DNA from: Thermodesulfobacteriota bacterium
GTDB lineage: Bacteria > Desulfobacterota_D > UBA1144 > Nemesobacterales > Mycalebacteriaceae
Assembly: GCA_965205855.1 (NCBI GenBank)
Contig: OZ242184.1
Coordinates: 896,001-960,000 of the forward strand
Direction of reading: 5' to 3'
DNA: 64,000 bases
In this document: positions 43,234 to 52,369 of the stretch, one piece after another
How positions within the stretch are numbered: position 1 is the stretch's first letter
Layout of the letters: every line of letters starts with the position of its first letter
The notes under the pieces: model-generated
What the model saw: only the letters and a program-made list of their open reading frames with translations
Databases searched by the model: none
What the model was told of the DNA's origin: nothing
Position numbers and translations under genes: made by a program

Positions 43234-43801
43234 AACTTACAAACGGCTCCCATTCTTTGTAGCGGATTGGGTGCGCGTAAATGTTTGCAAACGGTCCCCA
43301 CTGCGGTTCGGAGGGAATTGTGAGCAATTTCATCCTTGCCTGTTCGGGAGTTCTACCGCCTTTTCTGCGGTTGCACGAGCCGCAGGAGCAGACAACATTG
43401 TCCCATCTGCTTTCTCCGCCGTGCGCGCGCGGAATAACATGGTCTATCGTAAGCTCGGTTTTGGAAAAATGCTTTCCGCAGTATTGGCATTTACCGCTGT
43501 CTCTGCGGAATATGTTGAAGCGCGTAAATCTCGGACGCTTTCTGTGAAATCCGCTGTAACGGAGCAGGATTATAACCCTCGGCGCTTTGATGATCCTTGT
43601 AACGGTTCTCACATAGTCGCCACGCCCTCCGGCGGCAGAGGCGGCGGAAACCTCCGCCCAACTCTCAAAATCAAAAGTCTCGTAGGTTTTTGTTACGGCT
43701 TTCGCCTCGCCGCAATAGAGCATCACAAATGCCCGTCGCAAATTGGTAACGGAAACGGGCATATAGTTTTTGTTCAAAACCAGAACCGGCGAACTCAACA
43801 T
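43193..43801 (-). CDS. HNH endonuclease (McrA-like)
   Basis: VLVLNKNY, RRDSGKCQYCG, TIDHVIPRAHGG..WDNVVCSCGSCNRRK. Confidence 0.93.
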   Translation of the reverse strand: MLSSPVLVLNKNYMPVSVTNLRRAFVMLYCGEAKAVTKTYETFDFESWAEVSAASAAGGRGDYVRTVTRIIKAPRVIILLRYSGFHRKRPRFTRFNIFRRDSGKCQYCGKHFSKTELTIDHVIPRAHGGESRWDNVVCSCGSCNRRKGGRTPEQARMKLLTIPSEPQWGPFANIYAHPIRYKEWEPFVSFVDASYWNVELES

Positions 43802-43905
43802 ATCCCGATATTTTACAGTCGGAAACGGACTATTTCAAAAAAAAACCGGCCGCTGTTGAAAAAAAGTCTGAAAAGATATAAATAGAACAAAGGCGTTTGC
43901 CGGTT

Positions 43906-44037
43906 ATGGATATTACAGCAAATATTGTTTTTCTTGTTAACTTTCTGCTCTGCGCGGGCTTTTTCTCCCTGCTGTTTGCGCTTTCGAGAACAAACGCGCG
44001 CGCGGAAAAAGCCGCCCAAGAGAAACGGCACGGTTAG
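43906..44037 (+). CDS. putative 43-aa single-TM small protein
   Basis: MDITANIVFLVNFLLCAGFFSLLFALSRTNARAEKAAQEKRHG*; its TAG abuts the lgt ATG. Confidence 0.55.
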   Translation: MDITANIVFLVNFLLCAGFFSLLFALSRTNARAEKAAQEKRHG

Positions 44038-44802
44038 ATGTATCCGGATCTTTTCAAAGCCGGAGACTTTACGGTCGGCTCATTCGGCGTTCTTGTCGCT
44101 CTGGCGTTTCTTGTCGCCTACATCGTTGCGGCGGGAGAGTTGAAAAGAAAAGGCGCGCCGCCCTCCGCCGCTCAGGACATGTTTGTGTGGATTTCTTTGT
44201 GCTCAATAGTGGGAGCAAAACTGTTCTTTGTCACGGAAAATTTCACATTTGCAGAAATAATCTCAGACCCCGTTCCGGTTCTTTTTTCGCGCAACGGGCT
44301 GACTTTCTACGGCGGTCTGCTCGGCGGGATTGCGGGCGGGATATACGCCGCGCGTAAAAACGGCGTGCAGGTGCGAAAGGCGCTTGACGCTGTGGCTCCC
44401 GCGCTTGCAATCGGCTACGCGATTGGAAGAATCGGCTGCCTACTTGTTGGAGACGACTACGGAACGGCGTCCGACCTGCCGTGGGCAATGGCGTTTCCAA
44501 ACGGATATCCGCCCGTGGATTTTACCGTTCATCCGACCCAGATATACGAATCGGTTTTAATGTTCGCGGTGTTCGCCCTGCTGTGGAGAATCAGGAAAAC
44601 CGCCATGCCCGACGGACGCCTGTTCGCGCTTTATCTCGCGCTTGCGGGCACAGAGCGGTTTCTCGTTGAGTTTATAAGAACAACCACCCAAAGCGGATTT
44701 GCCGGACTTTCAGTCGCGCAAGTCATTGCCCTTGCGTCAGTAACAATCGGATGTGTGTGGCTTGTCGTTTCCCGCCCATCGGGTTCGCGCCACGAACTAT
44801 AA
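44038..44802 (+). CDS. lgt: prolipoprotein diacylglyceryl transferase
   Basis: GLTFYGGL, GRIGCLLVGDDYG, HPTQIYES, RFLVEFIR. Confidence 0.95.
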   Translation: MYPDLFKAGDFTVGSFGVLVALAFLVAYIVAAGELKRKGAPPSAAQDMFVWISLCSIVGAKLFFVTENFTFAEIISDPVPVLFSRNGLTFYGGLLGGIAGGIYAARKNGVQVRKALDAVAPALAIGYAIGRIGCLLVGDDYGTASDLPWAMAFPNGYPPVDFTVHPTQIYESVLMFAVFALLWRIRKTAMPDGRLFALYLALAGTERFLVEFIRTTTQSGFAGLSVAQVIALASVTIGCVWLVVSRPSGSRHEL

Positions 44803-45882
44803 AACAGCCGGAACAATGTCGCGTAAACAGGCCTCAAACTCACGGTTTTCTTCCGCAAGTCCGACCGTAACCCTGAGACAGTCCTCGACACCGCCACCGG
44901 AAAAATTGCGCACAAGAACGCTTTTTTCAACAAGCGCCCGGTAAACCCTGTCCGCCGCCGCCACGTCCGGGAAACGGATAAGAAGAAAATTGGAATCACT
45001 CCGATAAACGGTAACGCCTTCAACGGCAGAGAGAGATTTGAATATTTTTGCACGCTCCGCCGCGACGGTTTTCACGTTTTCCTCAAACATCGCGCGGTTT
45101 TCAAAAAAGAACATGACCGCCGCCTGCGTGAGCGAGTTTATGTTATACGGAAGCCTGACTTTTGACAGTTGCGCGGAAAGTTCGGGACGCATAAACAAAA
45201 CTCCAAGCCGGAGAGCGGCGAATCCGATTTTGGAGAATGTGCGCATAACGGCAAGGTTCTCGTATTTTTCCATAAGCGGTGTGTTGTCCGCGCCGCAGAA
45301 CGCGCCGTATGCCTCATCCACAACAACAACCCCCGGAGCGTTTTTTATGACCGATTCCACCCTTCGGGGCGACAGCAAATTTCCGGTCGGGCTGTTGGGT
45401 GAGGCGAGAAACACAATGTCGGGGTCGCATTTCTCAATAGCGTGTTGCATAGCAGCTTCTTCAAGGTCAAACTCCGGGTCAAGGTTTTCAGAAACAACCT
45501 TTCTGCCAAGAGCCGCCGCCGTGAGCGCATACATTGAAAATGTCGGAGACGGAACAAGCACGGTTTGAGAACCACCGCAAAAAGCCTCCACGGCCATCTG
45601 TATCAACTCATCCGAGCCATTGCCGAAAACAATGCCGTCCGGACAAACTCCGCTCCATTGCGACACCGCCTCTCTGAGACGCGAGCAGTCCGGGTCGGGA
45701 TAACGGTTGAGCGGAACGCTCGAAAGGTTTTTCAGAATCTCGCCGCGCTCTCCCACGGAAAGCGGAAAAGGGCTTTCGTTGCCATCAAGCCGTATCCGGC
45801 ACTGCGGTCTTGAGGAGTCGTAAGCCGAAAGGTCGCGCACGGAGCCGCGAACCCTGTGCAGAAGTTGTTCAACGCCCGCCAT
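44797..45882 (-). CDS. hisC: histidinol-phosphate aminotransferase
   Basis: NESPF, RYPD, GNGSDE, PNSPTG, VDEAY, RTFSK; adjacent to hisD. Confidence 0.95.
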   Translation of the reverse strand: MAGVEQLLHRVRGSVRDLSAYDSSRPQCRIRLDGNESPFPLSVGERGEILKNLSSVPLNRYPDPDCSRLREAVSQWSGVCPDGIVFGNGSDELIQMAVEAFCGGSQTVLVPSPTFSMYALTAAALGRKVVSENLDPEFDLEEAAMQHAIEKCDPDIVFLASPNSPTGNLLSPRRVESVIKNAPGVVVVDEAYGAFCGADNTPLMEKYENLAVMRTFSKIGFAALRLGVLFMRPELSAQLSKVRLPYNINSLTQAAVMFFFENRAMFEENVKTVAAERAKIFKSLSAVEGVTVYRSDSNFLLIRFPDVAAADRVYRALVEKSVLVRNFSGGGVEDCLRVTVGLAEENREFEACLRDIVPAVL

Positions 45883-47176
45883 TTGAGAAGTTTTTCTTCC
45901 TTGTGGTTACGGAAAGAGCGTGAGCGGAAAGCCCTTCGGCGAGGGCGAGGTTGACCACTGTGTCCGAGAGGTTTTCAAACCCTTTTTCCGTAAGTTCGGC
46001 GACACTCGGTGTTTTCACAAAATCCGCGGCGGAAAGAGGCGAAGAGAACCGCGCCGCGCCGCCCGTAGGTAGCACGTGGCTTGAGCCGCAAACATAGTCG
46101 CCAAACGCCTCGGTGGTGTTTTTCCCCATAAAAATGGCGCCGGCGTGCCGTATCAGAGGCAGAACCGAACGCGGAGATTTAACGCAAAGCTCAAGATGTT
46201 CGGGAGCGACCGCGTTTGCGATACGTGCGGCCAGATTGATGTTTCTCACAACAAAGATTCTTCCGTTGTTTCGTATCGCCGCAAGAGCGATGGCGCTTCT
46301 TTCAATCCCGTGCGCCATTTCGTAAAGCGCGGATTTAACCTTGGCGGCGTGGGACGCAGAGGTTGTAACAAGGGTCGGGGTCGCCATTTCATCATGCTCG
46401 GCTTGGGCGAGCAAATCCGCGGCAATCCACCGCGCGGGACATGAACCGTCTGAGATAACAAGCACCTCGCTGGGCCCGGCCATCATGTCTATGTCTGTTT
46501 CGCCGTAGACGAGTTTCTTCGCAATCGTAACATAGATGTTTCCTGGACCGACAATCTTGTCCGCACGGGGAACCAAGCGTGTTCCAAAAGCGAGCGCGGA
46601 GATTGCCTGAGCGCCTCCGATTTTGAAAATACGGTCAACACCCGCAATACCTGCCGCGGCAATCGTTTCGGGATTTAACTCCCCCCCGCGGCACGGTGTC
46701 GCCATGACTATTTCACGAACTCCGGCGACCTTTGCCGGAACAGCCGTCATGAGAACGGTTGAGGGATACGCCGCTTTTCCTCCGGGAATATATATCCCGA
46801 CTCTGTCAAGCGGCCGGACAACCCAGCCCAGTTTGTTCCCGTATTTGTCCCTGTGCTCATGAGAGCGCGGCAGTTTTTTTTTCTGGTATTCCGCTATGCG
46901 GCGGCGCGCGGTTTTCAAATCCCTTATGACGGATTTTGCAACCTTTGCAGTCGCCATCTTCGCTTCGTCCGGCGAGACCTCAACCGTCCGGGAGTTTACG
47001 ACCGTGCCGTCAAATTTTTTTGTAAGCGAAAAAAGAGCCCGGTCGCCTCCGGTTCTTACGAGTTCAACAATCTTCGCAACAGAGGCAACCTCCCGCGTAC
47101 TGAACGGAGAAGCCGTCTTGCGTATCCGGGCAATCTGTTTCTCAATGTTGGAGAAATCTATTTTGACAGTTTTCAT
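45869..47176 (-). CDS. hisD: histidinol dehydrogenase
   Basis: GIYIPGG, GGAQAI, GPGNIY, AGPSE, AQAEHD, APEHLE, SHVLPT. Confidence 0.98.
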   Translation of the reverse strand: MKTVKIDFSNIEKQIARIRKTASPFSTREVASVAKIVELVRTGGDRALFSLTKKFDGTVVNSRTVEVSPDEAKMATAKVAKSVIRDLKTARRRIAEYQKKKLPRSHEHRDKYGNKLGWVVRPLDRVGIYIPGGKAAYPSTVLMTAVPAKVAGVREIVMATPCRGGELNPETIAAAGIAGVDRIFKIGGAQAISALAFGTRLVPRADKIVGPGNIYVTIAKKLVYGETDIDMMAGPSEVLVISDGSCPARWIAADLLAQAEHDEMATPTLVTTSASHAAKVKSALYEMAHGIERSAIALAAIRNNGRIFVVRNINLAARIANAVAPEHLELCVKSPRSVLPLIRHAGAIFMGKNTTEAFGDYVCGSSHVLPTGGAARFSSPLSAADFVKTPSVAELTEKGFENLSDTVVNLALAEGLSAHALSVTTRKKNFSNGGR

Positions 47177-47188
47177 ATCCGCGCCGCA

Positions 47189-47476
47189 TCATTCTCCGGT
47201 GTGAGCACCCTCCCCGAATCCGCTCTCCACAAAGCCGGATATCTGCTCGGAGGCTTCCTGAGCATCGCCGCCCGAAACCCTGATATCAATCTCCGTGCCT
47301 CTTGTGGCGCCGAGGGAAAGAATTCCGAGAATGCTTTTGCCGTCCACTTCGTATCCGTTTTTAATTATCTTCACATCCGATGAAAATCTGCTTGAAAGTT
47401 TGACAAAACCCGCCGCCGCTCGCGCGTGCAAACCGAGGGTGTTGACAATTGTGAGGGTTTTGTTTATTGAATCCAC
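47189..47476 (-). CDS. ptsH: HPr phosphocarrier protein
   Basis: GLHARAA (His15) and GKSILGILSLG (Ser46); probable GTG start at 47476. Confidence 0.93.
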   Translation of the reverse strand: MDSINKTLTIVNTLGLHARAAAGFVKLSSRFSSDVKIIKNGYEVDGKSILGILSLGATRGTEIDIRVSGGDAQEASEQISGFVESGFGEGAHTGE

Positions 47477-47561
47477 TACTGTTGCCTCTGTAAAAATACG
47501 ATGACGGATTATACACAATTATACGGCAAGCATTAAAAACCGTGGCACGGCAAGTTACAAT

Positions 47562-48647
47562 GTGAGCAGTATGAGCATCAAAGAAATATGTGGCAAGGTA
47601 ATGGACTGCGAAAGACTGCGCGGCGATGACGGACTTGAACTCCTGCGCGGTGCGACCCTGACGCAACTCGGTGGCCTTGCGTCTTTTTGCAGACAGAGGT
47701 GCAACCCCGGCAAAACCGTAACCTTCATCTGCGACACAAACCCGAACTATACAAATGTGTGCGACACAGAATGCCTTTTCTGCGCCTTCTGGAGACCCGC
47801 GGATGCGTCGGACGCCTACACTCTTTCAGTGGACAGGCTCATTGAGATGATGAAAACATCTTATCACAACGGAGCCACAACGGTTTTGCTTCAGGGCGGT
47901 CACAATCCCGATATCGGAATTGAGTATTACGAGAAAATTGTGAGGCGCGCGAGAGAGGAAATTCCCGGTCTTCATCTTCACGCCTTTTCCGCGCCGGAAA
48001 TAGCGGCAATCGCGAAATACGAGGGCATCAATACGCGGGATGTGCTGTGGAGACTCTGGAATGCCGGACTCAGAACAATCCCCGGCGGTGGCGCGGAGAT
48101 ACTTTCCAACAGAGTGAGAAAAAAAATCAGCCCGCTCAAGATAGATGCGGACAAGTGGATTGGAATTACAAAAGAGGCACATGAAACCGGATTCAAAACC
48201 ACCGCGACAATGATGTTCGGTCATTTAGAGCGGGACGAAGACATTGTGGAGCATCTCACGAGGGTGCGCGATTTGCAGGATGAAACGGGCGGTTTTCTCG
48301 CTTTTATACCCTGGATATTCAAGCCTTCCAACACCTTCCTTGAGCGCAAAATTTCCGCCGAAATAGGCGGGGAACGCTATTTACGTGTGCTTGCGGTGTG
48401 CCGAATCTTCCTTGACAACTTCAGATTTATTCAGGGCTCGTGGTTCACTCAGGGGTTTAAAATCGGGTCTGCGTCAATGAATTTCGGCGCGGACGACCTT
48501 GGGGGAACATTGTATGAGGAAAACGTGCTCAGATGCGCGGAGAACAGAATAAAGGCGAGTGCCGGAGAGATTTCCGGAATGATAGAGCGCGCGGGCTTCA
48601 AGCCGGCGCGGAGAAACACTTTTTATGAAATCATACCCAAACCCTGA
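47562..48647 (+). CDS. mqnC: cyclic dehypoxanthine futalosine synthase (radical SAM, CofH/MqnC family)
   Basis: NYTNVCDTECLFCAF, LLQGGHNP, PGGGAEIL, TATMMFGH, FGADDLGGT..EENV. Confidence 0.85.
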   Translation: MSSMSIKEICGKVMDCERLRGDDGLELLRGATLTQLGGLASFCRQRCNPGKTVTFICDTNPNYTNVCDTECLFCAFWRPADASDAYTLSVDRLIEMMKTSYHNGATTVLLQGGHNPDIGIEYYEKIVRRAREEIPGLHLHAFSAPEIAAIAKYEGINTRDVLWRLWNAGLRTIPGGGAEILSNRVRKKISPLKIDADKWIGITKEAHETGFKTTATMMFGHLERDEDIVEHLTRVRDLQDETGGFLAFIPWIFKPSNTFLERKISAEIGGERYLRVLAVCRIFLDNFRFIQGSWFTQGFKIGSASMNFGADDLGGTLYEENVLRCAENRIKASAGEISGMIERAGFKPARRNTFYEIIPKP

Positions 48648-49390
48648 TGGCTGAGCGTATACAGAAACTGCTCGCGGGCGCCGGAGCGGGCTCGCGGAGA
48701 CAGGCGGAAAAGTTGATAAAATCCGGCGCGGTTTTTGTCAACGGAAAGATTTGCAAACTCGGAGACAAAGCGGAGCCGCATGACGCCATTACAATAGACG
48801 GAAGGGAAATTGATTGTAAAACAGACCCGTCCGAAAAACTCGTAATCGCATACAACAAGCCCGCCGGAAAAATCGTGAGCAGAAGCGACCCTCAAAACCG
48901 CCCCGTTGTTTTTGATGATTTGCCCCCGTTAAAGAAAGCCCGCTGGGTTTGTGCGGGGCGGCTGGACGTGAATACATCGGGGTTGCTGCTCTTCTGTTCG
49001 GACGGACTGCTTGCGCACAGGCTTGCTCATCCCTCAAGCGGAATTGAGCGCGAATATATGGCGCGTGTGCGCGGAAACACGGGTCCGGAAACGATTAATA
49101 AACTGCTCGCGGGCGTTGTTCTTGACGGCAAAAAGGGGCAGTTTGAAAAAATTACAGCAGTTGCCTCAAAGAACAAAAGCAACAAATGGTTCAAGATAAT
49201 TGTACAAGAGGGAAGAAACAGGTTTGTCAGAAGAATGTGGGAAAGTTGCGGGTGTTCGGTCAGTCGCTTGATAAGGGTCAGGTTCGCAACGGTGAGGCTT
49301 CCGAAAAAATTGCCCACGGGAGCGTCGGTATTTCTTGATGGGAAGGAAATCCGGAAGATTTATAAAGCCACGGGGGTTAATACGGGTTAG
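48647..49390 (+). CDS. rluB: rRNA pseudouridine synthase RluB/RsuA family
   Basis: S4 domain ERIQK..SRR, GRLDVNTSGLL, HPS, EGRNR. Confidence 0.88.
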   Translation: MAERIQKLLAGAGAGSRRQAEKLIKSGAVFVNGKICKLGDKAEPHDAITIDGREIDCKTDPSEKLVIAYNKPAGKIVSRSDPQNRPVVFDDLPPLKKARWVCAGRLDVNTSGLLLFCSDGLLAHRLAHPSSGIEREYMARVRGNTGPETINKLLAGVVLDGKKGQFEKITAVASKNKSNKWFKIIVQEGRNRFVRRMWESCGCSVSRLIRVRFATVRLPKKLPTGASVFLDGKEIRKIYKATGVNTG

Positions 49391-49417
49391 GCAATTTGCG
49401 TGCCGTCGCGGGTGGAA

Positions 49418-49984
49418 TCACTTCACCCTTTCAACATAACTTCCGTCCCTTGTATCAACCCTTATGATATCCCCAGGGTTGACAAAAAGCGGGACGTTAA
49501 CCTTCGCTCCGGTCTCAAGAGTCGCGGGCTTTGTCGCGGACGCGGCGGTGTCTCCCTTCACTCCCGGTTCCGCCTCGGTAACTTTCAATTCCACAACCGC
49601 CTTGGGAAACTCAACTCCACGCGGCTCCCCGTTGATGAAGTTGACCTGGACCTCCTGGTGCTCGCTGATAAAATCCGCCATGCTCCCAACCTGAGCGGCC
49701 GAAAGCTCCCATTGGTCAAACTTCTCGCTGTCCATAAAATGGTAGGAAGAACCGTCCGAATACAGAAACTGCATTGCCGTTTTTTTTATGTCAGGAGTAT
49801 CAAATTTGTCTCCCGAACGGAATTTTTTTTCCTGTACCGCTCCCGTAACTATGTTGCGCACCTTTACCGTTACGATGGGACTACGTTGAGCCATCTTTGA
49901 GTGCTGATACTCAATGATCTCCCAAATCCCGTCATCGGTCTGTATTTTCATTCCTCTGTGAAAATCGTTTGTTTCAACAACCAT
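49418..49984 (-). CDS. efp: elongation factor P
   Basis: MQFLYSDG, PGVKGDTA, KPATLETG, VPLFV, VDTRDGSYVER; start MVVETNDF at 49984. Confidence 0.96.
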   Translation of the reverse strand: MVVETNDFHRGMKIQTDDGIWEIIEYQHSKMAQRSPIVTVKVRNIVTGAVQEKKFRSGDKFDTPDIKKTAMQFLYSDGSSYHFMDSEKFDQWELSAAQVGSMADFISEHQEVQVNFINGEPRGVEFPKAVVELKVTEAEPGVKGDTAASATKPATLETGAKVNVPLFVNPGDIIRVDTRDGSYVERVK

Positions 49985-50006
49985 TTTATTCTCCGGACAA
50001 GTGAGA

Positions 50007-51809
50007 TTACTTTCTCTTGAACATCTTCTCAAGACTGCCGTAAGTAATTCTTACCGCGACCGGCCTGCCGTGCGGACAGAAATGGGGAGACTCGCATTTG
50101 TCCATATCGGAGAAAAAAGTATTTAACTCCTCCTCCGCCGTTATGTATCCGGCACGGATGGACCGGTGACACGCCATTGTGGCGAGAATGTGCTCGGTTT
50201 TTTCGTCAAGCTTGTTGGAAAGTTCCGGACAGTCGGCCTCTTTCAGTTCGGTAAAAATATCGATAAATAGGTTTCTACCACTTACGCACGGCAAAATGGC
50301 GGGAAGCGCACCAAGTCTGATGGCATCTTCTCCAAACGCTTCTGCGCCAAACCCTATTCTGCTCATTTTCGGTTCAATCTCCGCAAACAGGATGATATCT
50401 TCGGGACGCATCTCTATAATCTCCGGTATGAGAAGCCTCTGAGCCTTCAAGCCGCCGTCGTTGAGGTAACTGTTTTTAAGCCGCTCAAAATTGACTCTCT
50501 CGTGCGCTGCATGTTGGTCAATCAGCACAAGTCCCTCTTTTGACTCACAGATAATGTAAAGCCCTGCTACCAGCCCGATACGGTTAAGTTGGGAGAAAAA
50601 ACCCCTCTCCGCAGGGGAAGAGATTCCTTGCGGATTGCCGGTTCGCGGTGGCTCCTCCAAAGCTGTGAAATCCAAATCGGGGGCTTTGTTTACCGGTGGC
50701 TTTCCGTAAACCTGAGCACCGATAGACTGCCGTGCCGCGCGGGAGCCGGAACCGTACCGTTCGGATTCGGGGGTCTCTCTCATCGGAGATGTTTGCCGGG
50801 GAGCGGACGGTTCCGGATAACCGGTAATCCACGGAGCGGATGAAAGGAAAGCCTCCACCGCCGCGCGAACTGACGCGGCAACCGCGGCGGGAGACTTGAA
50901 ACGAACCTCGTGTTTTGTGGGATGCACATTGACATCAACCTCCTCCGACGACAGGTTGATAAAAAGCGCCCCTTGCGGATAACGCCCCCTTTCAAATGTG
51001 CGCCCGAAGGCGCCTATCACAACCTTGTTGACAAACCTGTCCCGCACATACCTGCCGTTAACATAGCAGTAAAAATGCGTCATTGAGGAAAATCCGTCCA
51101 AAGGGGAACAGAGAAATCCCTTTATTTCAACTGCGCCGCCCGTGGCTTCAATCTCATACGGCTTTATCTTTCCGAGCACATCCCCGACTCTGCGCTCAAG
51201 GTCGCCCGGAGAAAAACTGAAAATGCTTTTGCCGTTGTGCAGAACCTCAAAGCCAACTTCGGGATTTGCCAGCGCGATGGAACGGATAACTCCGGCGCAC
51301 CTTGAAAGCTCGGTTTCATTTGTTTTCAGAAATTTGAGACGCGGACGCGTGTTGAAGAAAAGAGAGCGCGCCTCAACGGTTGTTCCTGCGGGACAGCCCG
51401 TGTCCTTCACACCGCCTGATCTTCCGCCCTCCACAACTATAAGGGTTCCGGTGTCGCAATCGCGCGGGCGTGTCTCAAGAGAGAATCTGGACACAGCGGC
51501 AATGGAGGCAAGCGCCTCTCCCCTGAACCCAAAGGTGGACACAGAGGCAAGCTCCTTTTCGTTCTTTATCTTGCTTGTGGTATGCCGTTCAACGCTCAAC
51601 ACAGCATCTTCGCGCGACATTCCGCAACCGTCATCGGCAACCCTTACAAGGCGTTTTCCACCCGAATCAAGCTCAACCGAAATCCTTTTCGCTCCCGCAT
51701 CAACGGAGTTCTCAAGAAACTCTTTGAGAACCGACGCGGGTCTTTCAATTACTTCTCCGGCAGATATTTTGGAAATAAGGATATCGTCAAGTTTTTGAAT
51801 GTGGTTCAT
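50007..51809 (-). CDS. mutL: DNA mismatch repair protein MutL
   Basis: ISAGEVIERP, GFRGEAL, DVNVHPTK, endonuclease motif DQHAAHERVNFE, ACHRS, CPHGRP. Confidence 0.98.
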   Translation of the reverse strand: MNHIQKLDDILISKISAGEVIERPASVLKEFLENSVDAGAKRISVELDSGGKRLVRVADDGCGMSREDAVLSVERHTTSKIKNEKELASVSTFGFRGEALASIAAVSRFSLETRPRDCDTGTLIVVEGGRSGGVKDTGCPAGTTVEARSLFFNTRPRLKFLKTNETELSRCAGVIRSIALANPEVGFEVLHNGKSIFSFSPGDLERRVGDVLGKIKPYEIEATGGAVEIKGFLCSPLDGFSSMTHFYCYVNGRYVRDRFVNKVVIGAFGRTFERGRYPQGALFINLSSEEVDVNVHPTKHEVRFKSPAAVAASVRAAVEAFLSSAPWITGYPEPSAPRQTSPMRETPESERYGSGSRAARQSIGAQVYGKPPVNKAPDLDFTALEEPPRTGNPQGISSPAERGFFSQLNRIGLVAGLYIICESKEGLVLIDQHAAHERVNFERLKNSYLNDGGLKAQRLLIPEIIEMRPEDIILFAEIEPKMSRIGFGAEAFGEDAIRLGALPAILPCVSGRNLFIDIFTELKEADCPELSNKLDEKTEHILATMACHRSIRAGYITAEEELNTFFSDMDKCESPHFCPHGRPVAVRITYGSLEKMFKRK

Positions 51810-51813
51810 AAAT

Positions 51814-51999
51814 TCAGAACGCCCCGGATACCCTCAAAACTGCTATGATCGCAATCACAGCAACGGGAACAACAACGGCGGCAAAAGCGAAAAGTACATA
51901 GAAAAAAAGAGCGCGGGAAGCATTTTTGCCGTAAACATCACCGGACTGCTCTTTTAAGGAAGCAAATAGCGACAGAAAAAATCCGCCGTCCGAGCTCAT
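51814..51999 (-). CDS. small hypothetical membrane protein
   Basis: 61-aa ORF with a C-terminal TM; ATGA overlap with the upstream gene, 4 nt from mutL. Confidence 0.6.
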   Translation of the reverse strand: MSSDGGFFLSLFASLKEQSGDVYGKNASRALFFYVLFAFAAVVVPVAVIAIIAVLRVSGAF

Positions 52000-52313
52000 C
52001 TTTTTTCGTTTCTCCTCTCGGCTTTGTCTTTGGCAAGAGTATCCACCACCGAGTCAATTGAAATAGCCACAAGAGTAATAATCTCAACGGTTCCCCTTGA
52101 GCAAAGCTCAACCGACACCTGACCTATGGTTTCATTGTCCGGGGCTTCGACGATATTGACAAAATCGTAATGACCGAGAGTGGCATACTGCTCAATAACC
52201 TGGACACCGAATTTTTCAAGCTCCCTGTCAACTTCTTTGATTCTCTCCGGCCTTTCCTTGACTGTTTTTCTTCCTTCGGGCGTTAACTTGCTGAGTAGAA
52301 TATAGATTGACAA
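51996..52313 (-). CDS. GYD domain protein
   Basis: YILLSKLTPEG, YATLGHYDFVNIVEAPD. Confidence 0.88.
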   Translation of the reverse strand: MSIYILLSKLTPEGRKTVKERPERIKEVDRELEKFGVQVIEQYATLGHYDFVNIVEAPDNETIGQVSVELCSRGTVEIITLVAISIDSVVDTLAKDKAERRNEKR

Positions 52314-52369
52314 AACCCTTTCCGTTCCTGTGATATAGTCTTATTTTAATTGTATCGGTTCTTTGCCAC

